DNA from: Scyliorhinus canicula
Lineage: Eukaryota
Length of the DNA stretch: 64,000 bases
Assembly (NCBI RefSeq): GCF_902713615.1
Contig: NC_052158.1
Coordinates: 106,776,540-106,840,539, forward strand
Direction of reading: 5' to 3'
Each line of letters begins with the position of its first letter. The stretch's first letter is position 1. The notes below the pieces were generated by a model. The model was not told the DNA's origin, did not search any database, and saw only the letters and a list, made by a program, of their open reading frames with translations. The translations under genes were made by a program, and so were the position numbers. This document shows, piece after piece, positions 22,233-34,164 of this stretch.

Positions 22233-22706
22233 AGGTGCTGGTTTAGCTCAGTTGGCTGGACAACTGTTTGTGATGTAGACCGAGGCCAACAGCGTGGGTT
22301 CAGGGCAGCACGGTGGTGCAGTGGGTTAGCACTGCGGCCTCACGGAGCAGAGGTCCCAGGTTCGATCCCGGCTCTGGGTCACTGTCCGTGTGGAGTTTGC
22401 ACATTCTCCCTGCGTTTGCGTGGGTTTTGCACTCACAACGCAAAAATGTGCAGGCCAGGTGGATTGGCCACACCAAATTGCCCCTTAATTGGTAAAAGTG
22501 AATTGGGTACTGGAAATTATTTTTAAAAAAACAGGGTGGGTTCAATTCCTGTACTGGCTGAGGTTATTCATGAAGGCCCTGCCTTCTCAACCTTGCCCCC
22601 CTCCTGAGGTGTGGTGATCCTCGGGTTAAATCACCACCAGTCAGCGCTCCACCTCAAAGGGGAAAGCATCCGATGGCCATCTGGGACTATGGCAACTTCA
22701 CTTACT
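22233..22706 (+). mobile_element. tRNA-derived SINE (family D) with a nested HE1-like SINE
   Basis: A-box tagctcagttgg. B-box ggttca is split by the insertion. Confidence 0.7.
22303..22529 (+). mobile_element. HE1-like SINE, short A-tailed variant
   Basis: 15-bp TSD aacag(c/g)gtgggttca. Confidence 0.9.
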
Positions 22707-25700
22707 CTGATAGGGAAAACTTTTAGTTTATTGGAGTGTAAGAAAATGATTCTCAGTAAAAGATTTTTATTAAACTCAGATAATGGACATATTTCACCCT
22801 TTGTTGGATTGTAATTGTGTTCATACTGTCAGATTCTTGTTCCGTTATGTCTGTACAATCCTAATCTTATTGTAGATAAATAGAATGTGTAATTTTAGCC
22901 AGTCCAACATCATGTTGTTTCTGTGCATATTAAAGAGCTAAGACATGAATACTGGGAAACTCATGCAACATTCAGTGCTCAGTACCTTGGCAAAAGGACA
23001 CACAATTCCTACTAACAGAGCATAAAAAGTCACAACCTTGACAAAAAGGAGAAAGGTGCACTTTAGGAAATGGTGACAATGGAAAAGAAGAGAGTTGAGA
23101 GAGCCTGAATTGTAACAGTGGTTGGAAATTTCCCAAAAATTGGCAGGGTTGCGCAGCGAGTAGGAAAAATTGTGAGGAAGCTGCGAGCTCAAAGGCGTCT
23201 GTCTCCGTCGTATTGTTAGGCTCATAGCTGAAAAGAAATGAAGGGGCAGGTCCCGTGACATCACTCTGGCTGAGCAACTTTGATTCGGAAGGGCACCCCA
23301 ATACAAGAAATTAAAATTAGAACCCCACCGCCTGAACGCCACCTCCAACATACCTGGAACTCCCCTCCCAGCCCTACCTCCCCCTCATGTAACATCCCCC
23401 CCCCCCCCCCCACCATGGAACACCCCACCATGGAACCCACCCCCCTACAGAACACCCCTCCATACAACACCACCCCCACCCTCCACAGAAGGACCCCCCC
23501 TCCCCACCAAAAACAACCACCAGCATTACCAAGGAGCACTGCCTGCATATGACCCTCTTCTCCCCCCCCCCCCTCCCCAAGGAATGTAGTCACTTGAACG
23601 GCTGTGGTGGGATCTGCTCACCGGGTGCACCCTTGGGAGACCTGTCATGATTCACGTGCCCTCATGACAATGTAAATGGACAATCTAATGGAGGAGATTA
23701 TCAGGAGTAGAGGCCTGAAGATGACATTTAAACGTATGCAAATGGGGATCCCAACATCCAACGTTAGGATTCCCTTTACGGCGGAGAGCGGGGGCAATCG
23801 CTTTGGGAAATCCCACCTGCGTTAACTGTGTTCTGGGACCCCTGCTCATGACATCGGAAAATGGGCATGGAAAATACCCCCCAGTGTATATTAATTTGTT
23901 CACAGGTTTTGAGGCTGATGCTGTCTTTGGGGAAGTATCCCATTTCTACTCAACTCCTCCCTGAAATGCCCCAAATATATCATCAGAAAGAATGCGAGAA
24001 ATAGAAACACCTGCAGACTGTCACTTGGTGCTACATTATATTCATGCAACTTTTGATGTGCTGTTTCAATATTAATTTATATTTTATTTAGTATTTTAAT
24101 TTTACTTATTTATGCCATTTCATTATTTATATTTCATGTTTCATAGTTTGTTTTATTCAGATTTTTTCTTTGTCATGTTGAATGATTTATTTTTGATTTT
24201 TGATGGCATTAGTATATTTTTATTTTTGATTTATTGCTTTTGTATATTTTATTCATTAAAAAAATGACATCTCCATGGTGGCAATTTCTGTTCAATTCGC
24301 AGCTGTAAAATCTTTGGGCAGAATTCTCCCTCGCCCAACTTCATCTAACCTCTCTGGCATTCTTATCAGCCCATCCTGCCTCTTGTCCCCTGTATTCTTG
24401 TTATTTCCTGCCTGGAATGGGGGAGTGGAGCTTTGTGGGAAAATGGGATTTGAGTGATGCCAAGAACAGCCTGGGAGTTACTCACCTCTGAAAACTGGTC
24501 TGGTGTTAAAATCAGGCCAATTATTACAAATAAGTACAATAACCCTCTCTCTCTCTCACTCTCTCTATGAACTATCTCATGAACAGTTGTTCAGAAATCT
24601 TAATACCAAGTGTCGGTGCCCTAATGTTGAATTAGGACTGCAAACACTATAGCAACTGCAGATATTCCCAGACAACTGTTGGTTGCCACAGTGACACATT
24701 TATTGCAGTTGCCTCGACTAATGATTTCAGCAGTGTCAGAAACAAGATAGAAAACTGAGAAAGAAATAATGACAGCTGTCTCACAGTCACTGCGGCCATC
24801 ATTCAAATAACAATAACCACAATTTACCAGAGGGAACATGGACAATTAGTTGTGCTGCGGCAATTGTCACGTTTGGTTTTAAAGGAACCAAATGGATCTA
24901 TTCACAGAGGACTACAATGCTTGGTGTTGCAAACTCAAGTTTGGAATGGGAGACAGGCAGATGATTAAAGCATGGGATTGTTACCTCCTCTTTAATTAGC
25001 TTTCTGTCTCACATTTCAGCACCAAACTTGGATATTTGTGCAGTGTAACTGTGATGGTTTTATTTTGCTGTGCTTGATTTCTTTAATCTCGTTATATTAT
25101 TCCGATCTGTTTTCTACCTGGTTGACCTTCAGGGATCTTGATGGATTGCCCAAAAAGTAGTTCATTTCTTGATCACGTGTACCTATCATAAATGCTGATT
25201 CATTGTGTGATTCTACCTATCATATTCAAGTTGAACTCTTATCCTGTGGAACAAACAGGACCTGTACACAGATAAAATGATTAATCCAGTGATTTGTCCT
25301 TCAAGTATAAAATACAAAATTACTTGAATGTCTTTGTACCTGATTTGCAATTATTTGTTATAATATTATGCAGTTCGTGAGGAATTATGATATGTATGTG
25401 TATATGTAAATGATTCTGTTGGTATTAAATGTTGCTACAGCCAACATTGCATGACATTATTCCTGGCTAATCCTTCAAGAGTTGCTGACAAGTAAGCCTT
25501 CATTAATTATACTGTGGAGTATTAGAAATTGTTGCAGTAGATAATATTGAAAGTCCAACTTTTTCTGTTTTTATTTCAGAATTCTGTTTCTTGTAGTTGT
25601 TTTTCCATATCTTTAAGATTGTATTGTACTTGAGATCGATTTACTTGAAGTTTTATAAATTAATGGATCATAAAGGGGTGGCATGATGGGAAGAAACAAA

Positions 25701-26122
25701 TGATCGGAATAAATTCCAAGTATGTTAAATTAAAAATGCTGCTTAGTTAAAATGTTCCATTGACTAAATGCAAATGAATCAAAAGCTAAGTCCACTCTGC
25801 AGGCAATAGAAAAGTTACAAATCAATAACAGCTATCACCACAAAATCAATTGGATGAAATCACTCACTTATTTTCCAAATTACCATTCACAGACTAGTAA
25901 CAACCAACCAAATCACTGAAACAATTTTTGTTAATTTCTTTGAGCAGGCGTGTTGTAATTTCACAGATTAAATTGCAGTGTATTTAATCATTGCAAGTAA
26001 ATAGAAACATGTAAATATTGCACTCCCATCATGGAATGTAGGACAGAAAGGTACATTTTATTATGTAACATATATATCAAAATGAGGGAGATGGAAAATC
26101 AAACCAGGTTCCTTTCATCTTT

Positions 26123-26294
26123 TGTTTTTATAAATTTAGAGTACCCAATTCATTTTTTCCAATTATGGGGCAATTTAGCGTGGCCAGTCCACCTAACATG
26201 CACGCAAACACGGACAGTGACCCAGGGCCAGGATGGAACCTGGGACCTCAGCACCATGAAGCTGCAGTGCTAACCATTGTGCCACTGTGCTGCC
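26123..26294 (-). mobile_element. HE1-like SINE, short A-tailed variant (internally deleted)
   Basis: 17-bp TSD aggttcctttcatcttt. Confidence 0.88.
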
Positions 26295-29200
26295 AAGGTT
26301 CCTTTCATCTTTAAGCAGGATTTTAGAAAGTGGTACGAAAATAGTATTGTAAATATTATTTTAGTTTAGGCCTATAATTTTCAACTTCAAAAAGGTGTGT
26401 AATATTTTTAACCTTATGTCAGTGATATATGATGTTTCCACAATATATTTGTTGCATTACAATAGCGGGAAAATTGGTGTCATGTTTATGTGGTAGTTGG
26501 ACAGCGGCCTCAGAATCGACACCATAGCATGACTCATGAACAATCCCAGAGGGGTCTTGTTAATATGTATAATCTAAAACAGTGATTTGGAACTAAAGAG
26601 CAAATGGAAAAATTGGCAATGGGATTTACTAAAGCATCAGTTCTCAGTGGGATGCACCAGATTGTAATTATAGGGGATTAACCTATTTCGCTGACAGATA
26701 AATGAATCAATTAATTAGCACCATGGGACTTAAAAAGATGAAGAACGTTATTTTAACTTTGACCAATCTAAAGCAATTTATTCCAATAAAAACATTGGGC
26801 ATTGAATCAAAGCATATTCAGAGATAACCTCGCATTTGAAACATTCAAATCATTTGATTTCCGATTGATTGAACTAATTAGAAGATGAGTTAAAAGGGGA
26901 TATGCTGTCAGGTAAAACTCTACTAAAGTTCACGGATAGATAATTATACTCAGCATTAGGTAACTTTCAGATTATTTCACGTCATTGTCTAAAAGGCTCA
27001 CCATCTGAAAATATGTAGAGAGCTCCTTTGTCTTTCCAACTCTATGCAATAGAGATCATTGCTTTGGAGTCTAGTTTATGCAGATGAATTATAAATGGAG
27101 CAGGATTACAGTTTAGTTTAACCAACAGTAAAAGACACTGACTCTGTAGCCTGGGATTCTGTCTGCCAGCGCAGCTGCTATGAAGTCCCCTGCTATGTGT
27201 TTTCTTGAGGCCAATGACAAAATAGTTGGCTGCTGTGATAGGGTAATGGTAGGTTCTTTCCTGGATAATTACATTGGGGCAAACTAAATTTTCCCTTCAA
27301 TTATAAATACTTTGTAATTATTAAATGAAGCCAGTGACTACTGTGGAGTGTGCAGCATGGCCCATGTAATTCACACTTGTGCAGAACAAATTGTTATTTC
27401 ACTCTAAAAATAAATGAATACTAGTTCAACAGAATTTTGTATCAATTTTCTGCAAAGGGTTTAAAGGTTTTACAGACGTCACTTCCAAAAGTCTTTCTCC
27501 AAAACAACTCTTTCCACAGCTTTCTTCAAAAATGCTTCTCTCCACAGTTCCTCAGAATGTCTCACTGCCTTCCTCAGCTCCACTCAGCAATGACCTCATC
27601 ACTCCAAGCTAAAACAAAACAAACTTTCAAGGGACTGAAAGCACATTAGCTCCCCAGGGACTTCCTCATGCAAACCCCTGTGCATTAGCCCAGATTGAAA
27701 AACATATTCCTTCCTCAATTTCACTTGCTGGCTGCTAAAATCACCCAGACCTTGCAGAACAGAATTCTTTTATTTACATGACCATTGCAGTTAATCTTTT
27801 CTAATCTTTTAACTCTTAAATTGCCCGATACATTTATAATCCAATTTTCCTAAAATTTTCCAATCGTCACAGTGGACATGAAATTGCGAATCGGAGTCTG
27901 AATTTTTTCAAAGCCTACTGAGAGTGGGACAGCCAGAGGCCACATTGAGCTAGATATAAGGGTGTGCCTCGCATTCCTTTTGAAATTCTTCCCTGGGATA
28001 ATCGGTCCTGTCTGCAATGTTAAGCAAACAGTGCAGTCGTGCCCAATGTTTATTATCCTCGGATCATGAATTCAAGGTTATTCAATTATGATTTACTGCT
28101 GTTCAAATGTAATTCATCCAATGTCATGATGTAACTCTACCCATATTGGCAGTTAATTCGCTTCCTATGCTGATTAATTGACTGCGTAAAATGCATGTTG
28201 TTTACACAGTTACATCTCAAAGTCTTGTTATCTCCACAATGCCTTGTAAATGTGAATGAGTACATTACTGCAGGCTATACTGCAACTAAAATAGTTGCCT
28301 CTTTAGCCAATGCATTGACAAGACTTACTGTGCATGCTGTTAGATGGTTTTCATTGTTTAATAAATTCATGGACTCAAAATGTGCTGAATAACAAATTTG
28401 TTATCTTCATTAGTGCTTGGAAGATTGAGTCAAAATTACTTCAAAATTAGAAATGTTATAAGACTGCCAATCATTGTTTATTCTGTAAATTAATTAGTCA
28501 ATTTTACATTAAAAGCAGATTTGGAAATTGCAAAAATAACGTCTTTACCGAGATTACAATTACAAAATAAGTGATTGTTGCAAGATGACTGTCTTTCAGA
28601 ACTCTGAGCCAAACATAAGTCATCTTAAGGATGTGTGACAATTACCATCATATACCGTTGCTATAAATATAGCTCAAAAGCCCTTAGTGAATTTCAGCAA
28701 CTTCCATCCATTATTTGTGCCCTTCTGCAGCAAGGGCAGCTGTAAGCAAGGATTCTACAACAGTGCACTGTTTGCTTGATGAATGACATACAAAGAAAAA
28801 GTAAATGTTCATGCCAATTAAGTCCCAGATGATAAGTAGATTGAACCAAAGGGAGACATTTGCAGAATGGCTTACTGTGGTCAGGATTCCAATGGGCATA
28901 CGCACGGGCATTACAAAGGTCAAAAAGTGAAAGCAAGAACATAGCTTGCACAAAATTCTACACATCATTCTAGTGTAACAAAAACATTCAGATGACTTTC
29001 CAACACAACTAAATAGAGAAGGATGGAAATCCAGCTGATTCATGTAAATAAAAAGTGATGCACAGTGAGACACCCCCAAGTTCTGAACAATTATCCAGGC
29101 AACTGTGCACATATTTATCTTCATGAATGTCGTCACTGAGATCTAGTTTTTGGATAACATTGTAACTTTACTCTGACATATAATTTAGTTCACCCCGTGT

Positions 29201-29479
29201 CACAACATTATCTATATGAGTGATGACTAATTTTCAAGTTAATTTTAATTTATTTATAATGGTTTTAGGCAAAGTAATAAGAGATTTCAGTAATCAATAA
29301 TGCTCAGTTATCTCAAACATGGTAGAGATTGAAGCAGACTTTTAAGTATTTTATTAGTGCTTTATTAGCCAAAGGAGGTGCAGCAGCAGCACATTTATAA
29401 TGTTAATGTTGTGATGATGTTGCTCTTATAATGTTGTAGCTGGAAGAAACCACTGCTTTTGTGCGAGGGGCAAAGTTTA

Positions 29480-29850
29480 TAATGGGATGTCTAGGTTGGT
29501 ATCCATTTGATGGCCTGCTCAAATTCAAAATGGAGAATTGAGGTGCCTCCCACAACAGATCGTAGTGGGCAGGTAGATGGTCTGGGGTGCATGACCACAA
29601 TTGCACTTAGAGCTATCCCTCATCTTCCAATTTTGGAGTTGATTGTCTGGATTTAGTTGAGCGCTCTTCACTCTCTGCAAGGGGGGGGGGGGGGGGGGGG
29701 GGGGGGGCACGGGGTGCTGAAGCCAGGGACCTCTGCTATCCGGTCAGTGGTGAACTATTGTCTTTTTATACTGCAACCATCGCATGATTTTTTCCATCTG
29801 GATATTAGTTGCATGAATATTCGTGGCCGTTTCCAGAAGGCCATTTTCAG
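29480..29850 (-). mobile_element. Old non-LTR retrotransposon 3' fragment
   Basis: LQNWKMRDSSKCNCGHAPQT resembles the C-terminal Cys-rich motif of LINE ORF2. Confidence 0.45.
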
Positions 29851-29858
29851 TGCTTTTG

Positions 29859-30053
29859 GTTTTTTAAAATTCAGGGGCAATTTTAGCGTGGCCAATTCAC
29901 CTACCCTGTACATCTTTGGGTCCTGAGTGTGAGACCCATGCAGGCACAGGGAGAAAGTGAAAATTCCTCAGGGACAGTGACCCGGGGCCAGGATCAAAGC
30001 CGGGTCTTCGGTGCCATGATGCAGCAGTGCTAACAACCACCACCGTGTCGTCC
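29859..30053 (-). mobile_element. HE1-like SINE, short A-tailed variant
   Basis: 14-bp TSD tttcagtgcttttg. Confidence 0.85.
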
Positions 30054-30559
30054 TTTCAGTGCTTTTGTGATGGGTTTGTTCCAAGTATTTTTGAATGGAA
30101 AGCTCTGTGTTACTCGTAATTTATTTGTTGATGACCTGATAAAGCATAGTGGCATCATGCCAAATGGCAGGTGGGCAATGTGGGACATCATCAGGAGGCA
30201 TGTATTTAGATTGAACTTAAATGCCCCATTTGGCAGCATTTAGCTGCATTCCACAATCTTTGTTGGTGGCTGCAGACCCATGAGGCTTGTGGTCTGCGTA
30301 ATTTTTCTGCAGCAAAATAGACCAAGCCACCGTTGCATCATAAAGTTTCTGGCAAAATGTGGTCTCTGTGTGTGTGTGTGTGTGAGTTCACCAAGAATTT
30401 GGCTGCTAGTTTCATGAAAAAGTGCCCAGAAGTGGCCTCCTAGCCTGAAAAGCATGAAAGCTGGAAGTTGGAGAATGGTAAAGCCAGACACATGAGAAAG
30501 CAAAGGATGGGGATATTGGGTATCTTTTTAATGTTTAGGTGTGTTTTATCCAAACAGAG

Positions 30560-30720
30560 AAAAAAAAGTGAGATACAGATTCTGGAAATCTGAAATAAAG
30601 CCAGAAAGTGTTGTTAATTTTCAGCAACTCCAGCAATATATGCAGAGAGAGAAAGGTAGAGTTAATAGTTCAAGTTCAGGACTATGCATCAGAGTTCTGT
30701 CAAAGATCCTACGTCCTGAA
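30560..30720. mobile_element. Degenerate Penelope-like pLTR fragment
   Basis: ctggaaatctgaaataaa..cagaaa..gagagagaaa, similar to 62504-62690. Confidence 0.45.
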
Positions 30721-31119
30721 GTATGGGGATAAATGTGCTTACAGATATTTCACCATAAAAGTATGCAATTCAAATTATATGCACATGTAATGTTCAATCA
30801 GTTCATTTTTGTTGTGTGATCTATGTATAGTATCAATGAATCTGGAATTCTGTGGGAAAGTGCATCAGAGCCCTTATTAGAAGCTCAAAAGTGGTACTGA
30901 TTATGAAAATATATAAAATAATATAGTGATCAAAGTTACATTTCAGGAAATGCAAAGTTCATATAGTGTACAGTATTGCAGATTGTTATTTAGAGTTTAG
31001 GAAATGTGTAATTGAATATCTACCATTTCTCATCATCCAGAAAATTGCATTTATTTTCCAAATACTTACACAAATTGCAAAATTGTGTTTAAACATAATT
31101 AATTAAGATCTTTCTTATA

Positions 31120-31980
31120 TTTATTCGGCCAGCGCATGTGGGCCTCGATTGGTTGGGCAGCAATGTATTGCCTATGTTAGGGATGGGGTTCCAGGATTTT
31201 GATGCAGCAACAGTGAAGGAATGATGATATAGTTCCAAGTTAGGATGCTGCAATGCTTGGAGGTGGTGGTGTTCTCATATATCTGCTACCCTTGTCCTTC
31301 TAGGTGGAAGAGGTTGTGGGTTTGGAATGTACTGTAGAAGGAGGATTGGCAAGTTGCTGCAAAGCATCTTGTAGATGGTTCACCTTGTTGCCACTGTGCA
31401 TCATTGATGGAGGGAGTGAATCTTTAAGGCGGTGGATGGGCCGTCGATCAAGTGGGCTACTTATTTCCTGGATGCTTGTGATCCTCTTGACTTGTTGGAA
31501 CTGCACTCATCCAGGCAAGTGGAAGGTTTTGCATTATGCCCCTGACATATGCCTTGTAGTTGGTGGACAGTCTCTGGAGAGTCAGGAAGTGGGTTACTCA
31601 CTGCAGAATCCCCAGCCTCTGACCTGCTCTTGTCACAGTATTTATCTGGTCCAGTTTAGTTTCTGGTCAATGGTAACCCCTAGGATGCTGTTGTGGAGGA
31701 TTCAGTGATAGTAATACTATTGAATATTTTTGGGAGGTGGTTAGATTCTCTCTTGTTGGAGATGGTCATTGCCTGGCACTTGTGTGGTGCAAGTGTAACT
31801 TAACACTTGTCAGCGCAAGCCTGGATATTGCCCAGGTCTTGGTGCATTTAGACATGGACTACTTCAGTATCTGAAGAATTGCTAATGGTATTGGGTTTTG
31901 TGGAATCATCAGCGAACATCCCCACTTCTGGCTTTATGGTTGGGGGTGGGGGGGGGGCATTAATTAAGTAGCTGAAGATG
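31120..31980 (-). mobile_element. CR1/L2-type LINE 3' fragment
   Basis: Reverse complement matches the 12960-14115 family (GMFADDS; aagtgccaggcaatgaccatctccaacaagagagaatctaacc). Confidence 0.8.
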
Positions 31981-31984
31981 GTTT

Positions 31985-32152
31985 TTAAAGCAGACCAAGG
32001 CAGGCCAGCAGCACGGTTCAATTCCCGTATCAGCCTCCCCGAACATGCGCCGGAATGTGGCGACTCGGGGCTTTTCACAGTAAATTCATTTGAAGCCTAC
32101 TTGTGACAATAAGCGATTTTCGTTTAATTTCATTTCATTTAATTTCATTTCA
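31985..32152 (+). mobile_element. SINE family C (5'-truncated)
   Basis: Same body and (tttca)n tail as the 21800 copy. Confidence 0.8.
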
Positions 32153-33717
32153 GTATGTCGGTCAAGACTCAGACACTTATTACAAGCTAGAAGTGTGCCG
32201 CTATCATGTCTGTTAAGGCACAAAGTATAAGCTTTGTGGTCCCACACTTGAAATAGGCATTTAATGGTTTCAAACTTGAAAGAAAGATTCAAATACCTGG
32301 TTAAGGTGCACCCTCTTGAATATTGGGTTGCCCGAGGCATTGAGCTGGCTTCATTCGGTAAACATAAATTTATCTGAGGCTTAACAGGCAACACTTAAAA
32401 CAACCTGCTACAGGCTCAAACCAGCAAGGTAAGTGCTTCAAATATACTTGCCTGCATGTGAAGTCAGGAGGACTGTCTCTAAATTAAAACTGGATGGACT
32501 GCTGTGGCTTATCTTCAACTGCTGCCCCCCCCCCCCCCCCCACTCCCACACACACTCAACACAACCAGCACTGTTATTCATCAATCCTGCTCTGCATTCT
32601 TGGTCGCCCTTGTAATATCCAGTTGCTAAATTGTTAGGTGTTTGATATTGCTAGCCTGCTAATTGATCTCTCTGGGCTTTCAGTCTCGCCTGGGTGTGGT
32701 GACTGGATAAGAGAAACTCAACTGAAGCAAAAGGCTGTAAGCATGAAAGCAGATTTTTTAAAGCATTGAATAAAAACTCCTGTTCAGGCATAGAAAGCTG
32801 TTGTGTGTCATCTCTGCAAAAACACAACAGCCCCCATCCCCAGTCTATTTTGAGGATTCACCCGAGAAACCCAGCTGGCATTGTACAGGCTCAATCTTTG
32901 AGTCAACCTCCCCAGTGAGCACCTGCGGTATTACTGGTATTGATTCCTGAGGCTCATTATTACGTGCACCTCAGGCCTATTTGTTCCCAGCACCACATTC
33001 ATCAAAATTGACAAAAAGGCCATGGGTGGGATTTGCCGACCATTCCCGCCGCGTGTTTGTTGGCAGCAGAAGCGACCCGCCAGCAGGATCTGCGACCCCG
33101 CCATTGTCAAAGGGATTTCCCGGTGACAGCACCCCTTTGAAAGGTTAACCCCATCATCCTTTCTCTTCAAATGCTGTTCAATCTGTGACTGCAGAACTTG
33201 ACAAAAATGTCAAGTGGAAGAAAAATCCAGATTGCTACATTTACATATCAGGAAACCAGGTGCAAAAACTAAGGTTTTCCACAATACAAACTGTTTGAAA
33301 TGGAGCAGAGTGTCAATAAGTATGACTTGCACAAAGCTTTCAATTTGTCTCAAAATTGCTCCAAATTCCTTCATGAAGCACCTTGTACGTCTCTTTGACA
33401 TCAAATGAGTTTTATGTTATTTTTAGGCAATGTTACGTAAGTGTACAATCAAGGTATCAAATCAGAGAAAAATAAATGCTTTCATTTAAGTTTGATCTTT
33501 CACTTTCCATTCTGCTTGGCAAACTCGCAAGATTCAAAATGGGAGCTCTTTATTATAATTCTGATGTAACCTGTGAAACTGTGCACTGCAAAATGGTCCT
33601 GTTGGCCCTGTCCCAGCTCAGCTGCTGCTGACACCCTCGTTCCTTAGTTACCTGTAGACTTGACTTTTCCAGTTCACTCTCGGCTGGTCACCTACATTCT
33701 ATCCTCCCTAAACATAA

Positions 33718-34140
33718 GGGCCAGGATTGCTGGCGTATTCTCCAGCGCCGTTTTCAGCGCCCCCCCCCCCCCCCCGGCGATTCTCTGGGCCCCGAACGGC
33801 CGACCATTTTTGGCCAGTCTTGCCGGCGTGAATTACTCACCTCACACACGGCAGGACCTGGCAGGTGAGTATGGGAGGGGTTGGGTGGATCTGTGGGCGG
33901 GCTTGTTCTGTGGGGGCACTTGTTTCTTCCGTGCCAGGCCCCTGTCGGGCTCCGCTATATAGCCCGGGGGCCGGCGCTGGGAAGAGAACCCCCGCGCATG
34001 CGCGAAAATATACTGGCCTGTCTGCGCATGCATGGAATCACGCCGGCCGTTCCGCGCATGTGCAAGATTACGCCGGCCGCTCCGCGCATGCGCGAACACC
34101 CGCCGGCCCTTCAGCGCCGCTAGAACGGCGCCAACCCCCC
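33718..34140. mobile_element. Truncated Harbinger-type GC-rich MITE
   Basis: CpG-rich with gcgcatgcgc repeats. Resembles the 49486-50174 family. One end is replaced by the Rex1 flank. Confidence 0.6.
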
Positions 34141-34164
34141 TGCCTCTCTGTTCGTGGGCAATTT

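Noticed and set aside
27310-27871. Possible minus-strand solo LTR ending ...gtcaca
   Set aside because: The second terminus and TSD could not be identified.
28694-29136. 141-aa minus-strand ORF as a gene
   Set aside because: No recognisable domain, and the composition is typical of AT-rich non-coding DNA.
29680-29707. Long poly-G/poly-C runs here and at ~3491, 14203, 20529, 38113, 49735 and 63948 as functional G-quadruplex elements
   Set aside because: They sit inside TEs at slippage-prone G tracts, and their lengths may be sequencing or assembly errors.
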